Source of the DNA: Callorhinchus milii
Taxonomy: Eukaryota
Direction: 5' to 3'
Assembly (NCBI RefSeq): GCF_018977255.1
Contig: NW_024704743.1
Coordinates: 51,276,001 to 51,340,000, forward strand
DNA: 64,000 bases
A program made the translations under genes and the position numbers. The notes under the pieces were generated by a model. That model made no database searches. It was not told the DNA's origin and saw only the letters and a list, made by a program, of their open reading frames with translations. This document shows, piece by piece, positions 1 through 13,729 of the stretch. Numbering within the stretch: the first letter of the stretch is position 1; the number at the start of each line of letters is the position of its first letter.

Positions 1-354
1 ACCAAACTGCCAGCATTTTGACAGCTTTGATCCATATTTTAAAAGATGTGGTGCACCAACTAAAGTCATCTTGGAGTTAAAAGAGAAGACAGCATACAAA
101 CCTTTAGCCCCAGTGAATTGATGCCACTTATACCTGAAATTTAAGAAAGGGAAACAAACTATGCTCAGCTATTTTATTCTAGTCAAAATTCTGGAGATTT
201 AAAAAATAATATTAATGGTCTTATAGTGATTCCTGACTGTGAATGAAAGAATAATAAATAAATCAAGTGGAAAAGAAGTCTTCAGTATTAATTATTCTTT
301 AATTTATATTATATAATACAACTATTGGAACAATTGTTTGGTACAAGTTGTTGT

Positions 355-1230
355 ATCAAAGCTAGGCTGTGATGCCCCTCCATGGTCAACTCAGCACCAA
401 CTGCTTAATCCTTCATGAGGACCTGGATTAAACAGCTGATGCTGAATAAACATCATCACAAGATGTCAAGTAAAGCTCAGCCAACTTCGCTGAAGGTAGA
501 TGTCCGTCATATAGCTGATGAGGATACTGAGGCTTGGGGCAACAGCTGCTAGAAGATGTTATCTGGAGTCCGAGTTTTTGAGTACATGTTTATACATGCA
601 GGGCTTGGAATCCACCTTGATTAGTTCCAGAGAGATAAGCAGCTGCTGCTCAAGCTCTGCACCTCCAACTGGTGAATCATCATTGAGTGGGAGGGGATGT
701 GTGTCCGAGCTGTGGGCAGGAAGATGGTGTGGTGTCAATGCTCTCATACATTTCATACTGGGTTGTGTTGTCCACCAGGAAGCTCACTAGGAGTTCCTGA
801 TACCCAGCATCCACCTCGTGAGAGCTCAAATCTGCACTTGTAAGATGTCAAACAACCATTTAATAATTGTCCTCTGTGGGGGGGGGGAAGTGGGGCCTCC
901 TTGGAGGTGAACTGGCTCTACGATGATGTGTTTATCAATGGAGTGCTAGAATCAAGCGAATCCTGTGTATTCGTCTCTTTAGCCCAATTCCTGAGCCAGG
1001 CAGGCCCTCAGTACTTAAGTGCATTGCTGATGACAGCACAGCCATCCTGGCTCATCGGCAGGACCTGAAAGGGCAGACTAGTCATTGGCTTGCAGGGTCT
1101 CTTCCCACTCAACTCCTGTTAACCCTGCAAGCCAAAACCCTAACGGGGAGGATGGGCTTAGCTGCACAAGCAGTGAGAAAGCTTGTCAGACAGAGTTCTC
1201 AATGGCAGACTGTGCAGGTTTAGCTGGTTA
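355..1230. mobile_element. Degraded, unclassified retroelement-like sequence with a short AmnSINE2-like piece near 360-395
   Basis: Higher GC than flanks with broken ORFs. GGCTGTGATGCCCCTCCATGGTCAA resembles the SINE at 28440-28695. Confidence 0.3.
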
Positions 1231-1394
1231 GACTCCAAAAATATCCAACGCACATTCTGGAGTCCCCCAAGCCTTGTTTCTTGTTAACATGCGCTTAATA
1301 CTGTCCAGAATTAGGTAAGCAGAATGCGTCCCTCCAGGGAAAGAGGGTGCATTCCATTCCAAACAGCCATGCAGTGAATGACCGACTCAACAGG

Positions 1395-1545
1395 AGGATT
1401 TTAAAGGGGGAAAGGTAGATTTTTGGAAAGTAAGGGTATTAAGAGATACCCGGAAATATAGGGAAATGGGATTAACTATTTTCCATGATATAATAAAATA
1501 GAGCAATAGGATCAGTGGGCTGAATGGCCACCTAATATTCCCACG
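1395..1545 (+). mobile_element. CR1 LINE 3' end fragment
   Basis: GTAGATTTTTGGAAAGTAAGGGTATTAAG...GGGCTGAATGGCC matches the reverse complement of the CR1 tails at 5731 and 10397. Confidence 0.65.
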
Positions 1546-1794
1546 TTCAGAAGAGGAGGTGATAAAAAGGGAGTAAATTGGCAGAAAAAATTGTTTATGT
1601 GCTCCTGGGATTTGGGGTATTATTTGTGGAATGCAACTGCTCAGATTTTTTTCTTCTGTCTGGAAATTTTCTCCACTGCTCTTATTCACTGTATTGTGGA
1701 TAACCATGTTGTGCAGATAGTGTGCCACAAAGTATTAATGTTACTTACTACACCGTACAGAGTTTTGCACAAATATATGCAATGGTAGTGACAA

Positions 1795-2040
1795 TTTCAA
1801 GCCTCATGTAAGGTTTTTAACCCATAGCCCAGATGATACTCTAATGCAGTACTCATGATGCTGCATTACCAGAAGTGCTATCCTTTGAATGAGGGATGAA
1901 GCCAAGGTCTGACATTATTTGAAAAAAAATAGAAGCTTCTCCTGGTCCCCTGGCCAACAGTCATCTAGATAAATTGTTTAGTCACTTCATGGCAGTTTCT
2001 AGGACATTACTCTGCGCAAATGTCTGCTATTTTAAGCACT
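1795..2040 (+). mobile_element. Old DeuSINE/SacSINE1-like SINE fragment
   Basis: ATGCAGTACT...GCTGCATT...CCTTTGAATGAG...CCTGGCCAACA core shared with copies at 12468 and 61598. Confidence 0.6.
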
Positions 2041-3504
2041 CTGATGATCCAGATATCAGCTATAAAGGCTAAGAAGCTTATTTCTTGCCTACGGTCATCT
2101 CCCCTTTCTCCCCAGCTTGGCATAAAACTATGCGAGTGTCCAGGACTCTGAGAAATTACCTCGTGTGAAGCGCTCTGATAATTGTAAGTTGTTGTTGTTG
2201 ATTTCAGATAATACTAATCTCTGAGGTCTAGACATGGCCAAACCCAGTCATGTGCATGTGGTTATTTTTGTACTGATCCAAAAATACAAACATTAAGTGG
2301 TGTAATTCCAGTGGATATATACCTACATTAGTCAAGCAGTTCATCAAAGGAATATCTATTTGAACATATAAATGATATGCTGAGATTTATTGTTTTATAT
2401 TTTAAAAAAAAGTCACATCTTGGTACCACTTCAACAGAAAGAACAAAGCATTGATTTTATATTTCTGAATTGTTCCCATTAACGCTTATGTTTAAAAATG
2501 GGTTTCACGTGCTGAGGAAATGCCTTCACACTTTGTGCAATCTCTCAAACACATCTGTCACTAATATTACACTGCAGTCTGTTAATCTGCTCTTCCGCTG
2601 TCTCCCATCATGTTCAACCTATCTGCCAGAAATTCCAGTTATATATATTTGACCCATATGGATGAATTCTATTATTTAATCTATTTTACAATTCAAAATA
2701 AGAATTCACCAGGCCTTCCTGTTTTCACTGGATGTACAGATTACTGTAATTCTATCCTGCAATTTCAGTTCTGAGGCTCAGTCACAGTTGTTTAATCGCA
2801 CACTGAATCTACGAGCAGACATTCAGCTCAAATATTGGTGAGCATTTTAAGTTTCACAGGACTTAGGGTTAGGTAATGCTGCTGGTGAAATCATGTTGCT
2901 ACTAGTTTAGGAGTCAAACCTACCAGAAAGACAACAGTGCACAAATATAGTGTCTGAAAATACATTGGATATGATTTGTGCTATTGTATGTTTGCAGTTT
3001 GACAAGCAAAAAGTCCATGGAAATGACATCTAGTTGCTTTTCCAGTCATGCGCATTTGTTAGGTTCTGTAATAACGCAATGGTGTGCCTTAAGTAAACCC
3101 ACCCATCGTTTTTTCCTATGTATATCTCCCTCCAGAATCATTAATAAAAATTTTGTCAAAGTGGTGTGTATGTTGTTGCACACTTCCTCATTTGCATAAT
3201 CGATAATTTATTCAAGTGCTGGTCCTGGATTTACTTTCCTGGCTCATCTCCCTCATTTCCCATAACTATTGCATGCATACAGGGACTTGAAAGGAAAAAA
3301 ATGTTTTAATCATTTGCTACAGAACAAATTGAAACTTTTAGCTCAGTGAGACATTAAGACCATAAATATTTGAACTATACACAAATATTTTAACATTTGA
3401 AGAGAAAATTTCACACTTGGGTTCGGTACTCCATTCTGCGGGTTGAGGGAAGTCAGTTGAAGTGTGTGGTTGAAGCGAAGATTGAGCAAAGATGTTGTTT
3501 TGGT

Positions 3505-3995
3505 TGTCATTGTGGCTCATTTGGTAGCATTCTTGCCTCTGAGTCACAAGGTTGTGGGCTCAAGCCCCACGGCAGAACATTGTGGGCGTTTCGCCCACAA
3601 AATGCACAGTCAATTCACTTTACAGTATATCCTTGAAGTGCTTTGAGATTTCTCGATGACGTGATAAGGCACTATATCAAATGCAAGGATTATTATTATT
3701 ATTATTGAACTCACAAGTCTAGGCTGACAATCCAATGTAATGCTGGGGGGTGTGCTGCTTTGTTGAAGGTGCTTTGATGTTAAACTGAGGTGCTGTCTGC
3801 CTGTTCAGGTGGACATTCAAATGCATCACCCTATAATCCTTCATGGCTGTTTGTGGCACATTGTTGTGTGTAAATTGGCTGCCACCTAGAAAATACATAG
3901 TCACTACCCTTTACATTATATCCTGTGAAGCACTTTGAGACATCCTCCTGACCTGAAAGGCACTATAACAAATGCAAAGATTATTATGACTATTA
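3505..3995 (+). mobile_element. DeuSINE/SacSINE1-like SINE with a nested young-SINE 3' tail (about 3578-3706)
   Basis: Head TGGCTCATTTGGTAGCATTCTTGCCTCTGAGTCACAAGGTTGTGGGCTCAAGCCCCAC; then a tail ending CAAATGCAAGGATTATTATT; then the body resumes at GTCTAGGCTGACA. Confidence 0.8.
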
Positions 3996-4194
3996 TTACT
4001 GCTAATCAGAAGTAAGGCTCCAGTGTTAGCGTGTTCATATTTTGTAATGTTTAAAATACTAATGAATGAGTTCCAGAAGTCATAATGTAAACTAGTTTCC
4101 ATAACAAATTAATAACGCTGAATTAATACTGCCGGGAGCGAGTTGTTTTGTTTCTAGTGCATTGCAATTTGGAGCAAAAATCCCGATATATATT

Positions 4195-4650
4195 TGGAAT
4201 CATTGAATCATAGACAAAAGGAAGGTACTCAGTCTATCATCTCTGTACTGCTGCCCCACTGGGCCCATTATCTTTAATCCCATTCGCCCTGCTCTGCACT
4301 TTCTCTAAATTTAATATTATTTTTCCTTAAATATTTATCATGATTGCATGGCATTAATTCCATTTTAAATGCTGTTATAGATTTGAAATTTCAAACCATT
4401 CATGGTAAGGTATTTCACATTCTAACAGCCCTTGTGTGTAAAATTTCTTCTAACCTCTCTTTTCCCCTCTGACAATGATCCTCGATTTATGCCCTGTTGT
4501 GAATCAATGGAAATGGTCTCCCTTTATTCTATAAAGACCATTTACAACCCTGCAAACTTCTATTAAATCTTCCATTAATTGTCTCTGTTCCAGCAAAAAC
4601 TTTCCCAACTTTTCAAATTACTCTATATAACCTATGTAACCTCTCATCCT
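4195..4650 (-). mobile_element. Decayed CR1 LINE 3' fragment
   Basis: GAATCATTGAATCATAG tail repeats and similarity to the 5731-6545 element. Confidence 0.6.
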
Positions 4651-4984
4651 GCTTTCTTCCTACTCCACATATTATCAGAGCCAATAAAAGCACTTCACAG
4701 TCCTGCATATACACTTTTTAGCACCTGCACAGAACCTTGGAACCATATTTTTAAGTTATTAAAGAGCTCCAATCTTTGTACCTTGTGAATAGAAATGCAG
4801 GCTACAAATAATATGGTTTATGAAACAGAATAGTGCAGTGGTGTGGAGCATGCTCAATATACCAGTGTCAAAATAAACCTGAATCTTTTCTTCTTTCAGA
4901 AGCCATAGTTATATTTTAAAGATCTGATTGATGATTCCTCTTTTGACCTTCATCCTCTTGTCCACTTTAACTAATTGTATCATG

Positions 4985-5345
4985 TATCGACTCAGTTGGT
5001 AGTGTTTGTAGCATTGGATCGGAAAGTTGCATGTTTGAGCCATTCATTACCTTTGGCATTACAATGCAGTTGCTGCTGTCTGTCAGATGATTGTTTAAAC
5101 CAAGGTTTTAGCAGCTGGTGGTTCAGGTGACAGTTAAAGATTTCATGACACAATTTTGAAGAAATATGCTAATATTCCTCCCTCTTTCAAAATCATGTAA
5201 AATGAAGATTAATAGTTCATTCATCGCACTCGCTCATTGTTTGTGGAAAGTTACTGGTGCAGATTAGCAGATTAGTCATATAAGAGTCAAAGTGATTAAC
5301 TGTATCAAGTGCTTTGACATGATAAGACGTTATCAAAATGAAGTG
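4985..5345 (+). mobile_element. Old DeuSINE/SacSINE1-like SINE
   Basis: ACTCAGTTGGTAG head, TTAAACCAAGG...TTCAGGTG...AAAGATTTCATGACAC core and a decayed tail. Confidence 0.6.
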
Positions 5346-5730
5346 TTAATATATGATTTGAAAGAATTTTCACTAACTGAAAGTTTGTTTCCTCATGGTC
5401 TAGACATTTATGATAGTGTTTTATTTCAATGCAACTCACAATAAATTACAAGGTATATTCATTGACTTCTGTATCCTATGCAAAATTGAACAGGCTATTC
5501 ATGGAAAACAACCTGACTTTCAATTGTGGCTTGATCCCAAAGATGTGAAGCTATAGTACTCCAAAATTACTGACACATACTGGTAAATATCTAAAATATT
5601 GACAAAAATAATGGCTATAATAGATGCCAAAATATTGCGCTCTAACAGCTGGGAACGGCTGCCAGTATACAATCGAATCTGCTTAATGTTGTACTCTGTC
5701 AGACCAGACAAAATTATAACAATATATATA

Positions 5731-6545
5731 GATTTTAGATTCATAGATTTTAGATTCATAGAATGTTATGGCACAGAAGGAGGCCATTCGGCCCATCGAG
5801 TCTGTGTCGGCTCTTTGACAGAGCAAGTCACTTTCACTAACCCCAATCACCAGCTTTCTCCCCATAACCCTGCAAACCCGTCTTCCCCAGATACCTGTCC
5901 AGTTCCCTCTTAAAACCTGTTATCGAATTGGACTTCACTACCCTTTCAGGCAGATCATTCCAAATTTGAACAACTCGCTGAGTGAAAACATTTCTTCTAA
6001 CCTCCCCTCTGCTTCTTTTGGTAGATATCTTAAGACTGTGACCATGGGTCACAGACACACCTACCAGCGGAAACAGCTTTTCCCTATCTCGCCTGTCGAA
6101 ACCTTTCCTGATCTTGAAGACCTCTATCAGGTCCCTCGTAACCTTCTCTGCTCTAATGGGAAAAGTCCTAACTTCTCCAGCCTGTCCTCATAGCTAAGGT
6201 TCCCCATTCCTGGTATCATTCTCGTGAATCTCCTCTGCACCCTTTCCAGTGCCTTAATGTGTTTCCTGAAGTAAGGTGCCCAGAACTGGACACAGTTGAG
6301 GCCTAACCAGTGTTTTGTATAGATTAACCATAACCTCCCTACTCTTATACTCTATGCCCCTACTAATAAAGCTCAGTACACCAAATGCCTTTTTTACTGC
6401 CTTATCTACCTGCCCGCTACCTTTAATGATTCGCTCACTTGAACACCCAGATCTCTCTGTACGTTCATCGCCCTTAAGGTTGAGCTACCAAGTCTATATT
6501 GCCTCCTATCATTTTTCCTACCTAAGTGTATCACCTCACACTTAT
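5731..6545 (-). mobile_element. CR1 LINE, 5'-truncated
   Basis: ORF 5837-6058 encodes HGHSLK...RRNVFTQRVVQIWNDLPERVV...FKRELDRYL (CR1 ORF2 C-terminus). Tandem tail TTTTAGATTCATAGA. Confidence 0.92.
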
Positions 6546-6832
6546 GTACTTATGTACTATAACAACTAGGGGAACTTCACTTATAATCACTTGCAAACAC
6601 TTCCAGACAGTTCTGAAACATTTACAATTTCCACGATAAGAAATAAAACATTAAAAATCCAATGTTTTTATTTAATTTCACTGTAATAAGGGTGTTTGTT
6701 TAATAAAATAAGTCATTTTTGACTGAATAACATTATGTTGAACATAACAATAGGCAATTTAACATTATGCAAACTCAACTGTACGGTTTCTTCATCTTCT
6801 TGCCATGAGGAAGAAAGCACTTTCCTTCCCTT

Positions 6833-7541
6833 ATAATAATATTCCTTGCATTTGACATAGTGCCTTATTCTGACAAATCCAGGAGTCCTGTAGCTCAGTG
6901 GTTAGAGCACTGGCCTTGCAAGTGAGACACCTGGGTTCAATTCCAGGCAGGGCGAAACCTTGGGCAAGTTTCCTTACTCCACACTCCTAATAATAATCCC
7001 TCCAAAATCAAAAAAAAATAATAAATTGGTCATTTTCAATCTACGACTGTTTGTGGGACATTGCTGTGCGCAACTGGCTGCCGCGTTTGCCCACAAATAT
7101 ACAATCAATTCACTTTACAGTGTATTCTGTGAAGCGCTTTGGGACGTCCTCCCGACGTGAAAAGCGCTATATCAAATGCAAGGATTATTATTATTATTAT
7201 TATTATTACGTCTTCGAGACATCTCAAAGCACTTCACAGAATATACTGCAAAGTGAATTGACTGTATCTTTTATCAGCGAAACCCGGCAGCCAATTGCTC
7301 ACAGCAGTGACTCACAAACAGTCATGGATTGAGTGACCAATTTATTATTAATTTTTTGAAGGAATTATTACACCCAGAAAGTGATCCGCCAATCGACTAA
7401 CAACCGGGTTCCTTATTACTGCGAGGTAAACAGAGACGTGTTGAGTAAGGAAACTTGCCCAACATTTCGCCCTACCCGGGAATCAAACCTGGGTCTCTCG
7501 CTTATGAAGCGAGTGCTTTAACCACTGAACTACAGGACTCC
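6833..7541 (-). mobile_element. Young tRNA-derived SINE, long form, split by the 6882-7208 insertion
   Basis: Tail at 6833-6868 and body/head at 7209-7541 join into one element collinear with 16107-16478. Confidence 0.85.
6882..7208 (+). mobile_element. Young tRNA-derived SINE, short form, full length
   Basis: GGAGTCCTGTAGCTCAGTGGTTAGAGCAC (A box)...GGTTCAATTCC (B box)...GCGCTATATCAAATGCAAGG(ATT)n. Closely matches 28067-28387. Confidence 0.92.
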
Positions 7542-8715
7542 GTATTGATTGTGTAGTAATTGAGTAAAGGAGGTTAGCTTTCAGGGTATCCAATTAATCC
7601 ATGTATATCTCTGCAGGTTCAACAAACGAAGGTGCCTAAAGTCAGCACTAAAATCTTCATTTGTGGTCAGCAGCTCCTTGAGGGATTCCTCCTGCAGTTA
7701 GTTGCACTAGCTCCTTAACTGTGAAGTCGTGCTTGGATCTGGAAATCTGTGAGACCTTTGCTGACCTGGATTTGTCAGAATTTATATTATGCATTGAATA
7801 ATAATTTGCACAACTCGAGGAAGGGAGCAAAAAAAGAATGATGGGCAGCATTCCGAGTTATCTGATAACTTTTGCACCACCAAGGATGTCAGTTCTGCTC
7901 TTGCAACAAGGATACCTTATCATTGTCAACAAGGGAACCCTGGCATCCTGATATGACATAATGGGATTACTCTAATCCACACTGGATATCAATGGGACAA
8001 GAAGACTAAGTGCCTTCCTTCAAGAGATGGAAAGTAAAACAGTTTTTTGACGAAAGTAATGAATAGTCACTTCAACAAGTTTCCTTTTTACTGCATCTTA
8101 AGGCCTTCACTTGGCTGTTGAGTCTATTCTTGGGGCTGAAACTGCAACTGACAAATGTTTAAAAAAAAAGTTAAAAGGTCACAGGCAAGAAATGTGCCGA
8201 TTGTAATTTTTCTTCTTCACACACCTTAATAGAGAGTTTTGGCTCGATTTAAAACAGTTCTGACTTCCAACTGATCGATTGCAATTGAATGTTTGAACTG
8301 TTTTCCATTAAATCATTGAAAGAGAATCAGCAGGAAGAGAAGCTAATTCATTGATTAAAACCAGAAGAAATAAAACTGACTGAAAGTAACAAGGGCCTAT
8401 GAAGAAAGGAGTGAGAAGTGATTCAGTGATAGCAGCTAAGCTCTAACCGGAGGCTTCTTTTGGTGATCATATGTAAGTGATTTTTGAAGAGGTGCCAGAT
8501 GCAGTGTTGATGATTGTGTAGCACAGTGATTTATATATGTGGTAAATATGGAAAATTACTCAAGGCTCAGCCGGGAAAATAGGTCAAGGAGATACAAATT
8601 TCAAACAAGAAAGAACAAATATTACAAAAAGCATTTTTGATCAAAGAGCAATAAAGGAACAATCTCCTAGATTGATCAAAATAAGCAAAACCTAATGACA
8701 TTCAGAGAGAAACAA

Positions 8716-8835
8716 AATTATAGAATCCTACAGCACAGAATGAGGTCATTCTGCCCATCGTGCCAGTGTCAGCTCTTTAAAAAAGCTATCCAATCAGTCT
8801 CACTTCCCTGCTCTTTCACCAAGCTGTGCAAATGT
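8716..8835 (-). mobile_element. CR1 3' tail fragment
   Basis: ATAGAATCCTACAGCACAGAATGAGGTCATTCTGCCCATCG, like the tail at 5755-5800. Confidence 0.7.
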
Positions 8836-8972
8836 TTCAATTTTCCTAGCTGTAAAATATCGAGGTACCTTAAAAAATATTAGTAGTGAAGGGATAAATC
8901 TCAGTCCCTCAATTATTAGCCTTTCACTCATCTTGACTTTTTTGCTGTTGATTTGGTGCAGAGAGAGGGTTG

Positions 8973-9760
8973 AACAACAACAACAACAACATTACATTTG
9001 TATAGCGTCTTTCACATCGGGACGATGTCCCAAGGTGCTGAACAGTCAGTGTTACGGACCCAAACTGGGGGTCGGGATTGGGGAGGATGGAGGGTAGGGG
9101 GGGAAGCAGGGTGATCAAAAGCACGGTCAAAGAGGAGGGTCTTGAGATGGGTCTTGAAGGATACGAGGGAGGGGGCGAGGCGGAGGGACTGCGGGATGGA
9201 GTTTCAGAGGGTAGGGGCAGAGTGGCAGAAGGCCTGCCCGCTAATGGTGGACGTGAAGCAGACCGGAGCCTGCTGAGCGAAGGGAGGGGACAGGATGGTA
9301 GAAAGTTAGGGGGTTGCAGAGGTAGGGGGGAGCAAGGTCATGGAGGGTGAGGACCAGGATCTTGAACTGTATCCTCTGAGTGATGGGAAGTCATTGGAGT
9401 TGGGCGAGGATGGGGGTGATAGCGTCACGGAGCCTGGTGCGGGAGAGGATACGGGCTGCAGAGTTCTGGATGATCTGCAGCCTATGGAGGGAGGAGTCGG
9501 GGAGGCCGACAAGCAAGGAATTTGCATAATCAAGCCTCGATGTAATGAATATGTGTATGAGGGTTTCGGCTACATGCAGTGTGAGACAATGGCAGAACCG
9601 GGTGATATTGTGGAGGTGGGGTAAGGCAGAGCAGGTCATGGCAAGGATGTGGGGTAGAAAGCATAGTTGAGGGTCAAATAAGATGGCAAGATTCTGGACT
9701 GGCTTAATAAGGTGGAGTGTGCCTCCATTGATGGTGATCCTGTCAGTGCCTGAGGTGTTT
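8973..9760 (-). mobile_element. L2 LINE, 5'-truncated
   Basis: ORF 9391-9639 encodes AETLIHIFITSRLDYANSLLVGLP...LQIIQNSAARIL...ITPILAQL (L2 ORF2 C-terminus). (AAC)n tail at 8973. Confidence 0.92.
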
Positions 9761-10396
9761 AAATCACAGGTTTAAAGATTATCTGTTGACTGGGATATCC
9801 TCTTTTTTTCTGTCTGTAGAGATCTTACTCATTGGAAGAGATATCATTTTGGGCCCTCTTTGAAGCTCTGACATTATAGCTAACTTCCTCCACATGGTTC
9901 CTGGGGTCTTACTACCTATGCTTTAGATCCCCAATGCCCTGGGCCAGAGGGAAACTAAATATACCTTAGTTACAATATCCTGCTAAATATTGTTTTTTTG
10001 ATTAGGAGGCAGCTTGTTCTTTCACATGCCAAAAAAGCTTTTCCTCATGTTTTCATGTTTTTGAACTGGTTCCATCAGAATATCAGTTCCTTCCTCAATG
10101 AAATTAGTTTTATAGCATCTGGAGCTGACATTTCCTTAGCTGTGTCTGTACTTTTATTTATTTGATTCAATCTCTCAGATTTGCTTCAATTTCATTTGAT
10201 ATCTGATTTGTTTTTCTCAAAATCCAAAGCACTTGTGGGAAAAAAATCAACCTGGCTTATTATTTACTTTATTTATGGAACATTTCAGAATGTCCAGAAT
10301 TTGGCAAATTGTTCAATAGAGCCTTAATTTAGAACTTTTAAAACCCATTTCAAAGATGAAGCTGAATTTAAGAATTTATCAAATTCCGGAGGTGTT

Positions 10397-11890
10397 GAAA
10401 TAGAAATATAGAAATAGGAGTAGACCATTCAAACCCTCAAGCCTGTTCCACCGTTCTATAAGATCATGGCTGATCTGTACCTCAACTCCAATTACCCGCC
10501 ATTGCCCCGATCCCTTGATATTCTGATTTAACAAACATCTATCCATGTCAGTCTTGAAAATGTGAATGGATCCAGCATCCACAGCCTTTTGGGGGAGAGA
10601 GTTCCAGATTTCCACCTTTTGGGTGAAAAGCTGCCTCCTAATTTCACTCCTAAATGGCTTAGCTCTAATTTTAAGATTATGCCCCCTTGTTCTGTATTCC
10701 CCACCAGAGGAGATAGTTTCTCTGTATGTACCCTATCGAATCCCTTTATTATTTTAAAAAACTCAACCAGATCATCCCTCAACCTTCTAAACTCAAGGAA
10801 ATAGAGACCAAGTTAATGCAACCTTTCCTCATAATTTATCCCTTTAAGCCTTGGTATCATTTTGGTGAATCTGTGCTGCAACCCATCCAGAGCCAATATA
10901 TCCTGCTTGAGGTGCGGAGTCCAAAACTAAATGCAGTACTCCAGAAGGGGTCTGACCAAGGCTCTATATAGTTCCTCTCCTTTATATTCCATTCCCCTTG
11001 AGGTAAAGGCCAACAGCCCATTAGCCTTTTTGATAACCTTTTGTACCTGTGACCTTGTTGTTAGTGATTTGTGTACATGGACACACAAATCCTTTTGCTC
11101 TTACACAGCTCTTAGTTTCTCATCATTTTGAAAATATTCTATTTTGCTATTTTTGGATCCATAGTGTATGACCTCACAGTTTCCCACATTAAATTCTATT
11201 TGCCACAGTATTGCCCACTCACTTAATTTGTCTAAGCCCCTTTGTAACTTCCTGTTCCCATCTACACAATTTACTGTGCCTGCTAACTTTGTGTTATCTG
11301 TAAATTTTGATATGAAACTCTCATCCAAGTCATTTATATACATATATATGGCAAAAAGCTGATGCCCCAATACAGAACCCTGGGGAACAACACTTGTCAT
11401 ATCCCGCCAATCAGGAACATTCCTTATATCCCTCCTCTCTGTTTCCTGCTTCCCAACCAATTATTAAGCCACTTTGCAAGGTTACCTCCAATTCCATGCA
11501 CCTTAATTTTGCTAATAAGCTCTTGTGCAGAATCTTATCAAATGCCTTCTGAAAGTTCATGTCAACAACATCCATAGACACTTTCCTAACCATCATGTTA
11601 GTGACCTCCTCAAAAAATTCAATACATTTTTCACACATGACCTTTTCACAAATCAACGCTGACTCTCTTTGATTAGCTTAGACTTATCCAAGTGCTCAGT
11701 CACTCTGTCCCTGATGAGAGATTTTAGTACCTTCCCCAAAACTGAAGTTAAGCTGACAGGTTTGTAGTTACCTGGTTTCTCCTTCCCTTCTTAAAAAATG
11801 GAGTGACATTTGCTATTTTCCATTTGCACAATTCCTGAATATAGCAAGCTTTGGAAAATTATGACTAACACATCTGCAATTTCCTCCCCT
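10397..11890 (-). mobile_element. CR1 LINE with frameshifted reverse transcriptase remnants
   Basis: Fragments FQKAFDKILH, VPQGSVLG, YINDLD, KFTDNTKLAG (degenerate FADD) and WNSLPQKAVDA across several frames. Confidence 0.94.
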
Positions 11891-12467
11891 ATTGATTTCT
11901 AATTGTAATAACCTTGAAACTTTAAGCATCAAATTTTGAGGCAATGGTCTTAAGCTTCAGACCATAAGAATATTTGGACTTTGCCCATTGACAGCTCGTA
12001 TTATGCATCCTCACTGATGCAAGTTAATCTTTACCGCTTCACACCCTAAAAACAATCAAAATATAAATTTTCAATTAAAGGCCAAATTTCGATTACTCAA
12101 AAATGGAAATATTAAAATCTTAATTGCTGTAAAAAAAATCAGTTGAAACTAATAATGATTAAAACCCAAATATAAAGAGTGCAGTGACAAACAACATCAA
12201 CAGCAAATTACATTGATAGAAACGTAATTTATTGAATTTTTATAGAAAAAATCATCTGTTTACTATTCACTTCCAGCTGTCATTAAATTGTGCTATTGGA
12301 AGCACACTGGCTTTTCGTGAGAAAGATAGTAATATGGCATCCTTGCCTGAGTAGACAGAGTAATATGCTGGAGCATGTACTTTACAGATATAAAACAGTA
12401 AACTTTTCTGTCGGTGCAGTAGGAATAGAGTATAATTTGTGAATAAAGTATTCACAAAGTTGCTGGG

Positions 12468-13020
12468 TGTCAGCCTATCTTAGTTGGTAGTACGATATCT
12501 TTAGCCGGGATATGGGACTAGGGATAAGATCTACATAAGACAAACCTAGAGTGTAAACACCAGTTGGACTCCATGGGCCAAATGTTCTGTTTCTGAGCCA
12601 GACCATCAATGCATCTATGAATCTATTGCCTGTGGAAGGACTTTAAACTCATAGTCTATGCTGACACTCCAATAAAATGCAATGCTAGCAGAGTGTTGCA
12701 TTGTCACAGGTGTCATCCTTCTGATAAGATATTAAACCAAGGTCCCATCTGTCTGTTTTGGTAGATGTTTAAAATTACATGGCAGTATTTGAAAAAAGAA
12801 AGCAGTTTCACACGGCGTCTGGGACAACAAACCCCCACATAAAATTGGTCATTGTCTTCATAGCTGTTTGTGGGACAGTGTTGTGTGCAAATTGGCTGCC
12901 CAACATTCACCTACAAAGTAAACAGTCACTAACCTTTAGTAAAAGTAAAATCCTGTGAAAGACTTTGAGACATTTCAAAGCCATGATAAGGTGCTATAGC
13001 AGATTTAAGGATTATTATTA
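12468..13020 (+). mobile_element. DeuSINE/SacSINE1-like SINE with a CR1 tail nested at about 12500-12625
   Basis: GTCAGCC...TAGTTGGTAG head interrupted by ...CCATGGGCCAAATG...CTATGAATCTA, then GCTGACACTCCA...TTAAACCAAGG...AAATTGGCTGCC...GGATTATTATTA. Confidence 0.75.
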
Positions 13021-13729
13021 TCTGAATCATTCAATCTGGGTGATGTTTCCACATTAATCCAAATAATCCCAGTTTGGATTATCCCGATTAGTTTATCATC
13101 AGTGTTCTGATACAAAAATGATAACCTACACTGACATGTGATTACATTGAAAATACTGGTCCAGAGTGAGCCCAATTTCTTCTCCCTTTGCATCCGGCAC
13201 TTTATTCGAAACACAATCATACAGGATTTGAAATGAAAACTTTTCTATTTTTTACTCATACACCTTGGTGCAATGGAGAAAAAGAATGTACTGTAGCAAC
13301 AATTTTACTTTACAAGAACCAAACAAAATACTTGCAAAGTGTTTATCCTTCTTTAAATGAAATATTTGTTTCTGAAAATAATAAATGTACTAATGTGAGA
13401 TTCCCATCTCATTTGAAACAGGATTAGTAACTTTACACCAATCTTCCTGAATTTTCATAGTTCTACTTTTGAACAATAGCAAAAACAGTGAACAGGAGGA
13501 ATTTAAAGTGTGGAACTACCCAATCAATGCTTGAATACAGTATTTCAAACTATCGCCATTGGTTTATAGCTCTGATTTTGGAAGGACTGGAAATCAAATC
13601 CAATTACAACCTTTTTTTTAATCTGAGTGCAAATGTAAATGCTACTTGTATTTTAGCACTAATAAAAATGCAGTAATATACAATCACTATTTGATATAGT
13701 GGTTATAACAACTTTGAGTATCAAGAAAG

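Noticed and set aside
6882..6958. Functional tRNA-Ala gene
   Set aside because: The tRNA-like sequence always continues into a SINE body and (ATT)n tail, and copies are diverged; it is a SINE head.
10397..11890. Active reverse transcriptase gene
   Set aside because: Frameshifted, 5'-truncated and with a degenerate catalytic motif (FTDN); a dead CR1 copy.
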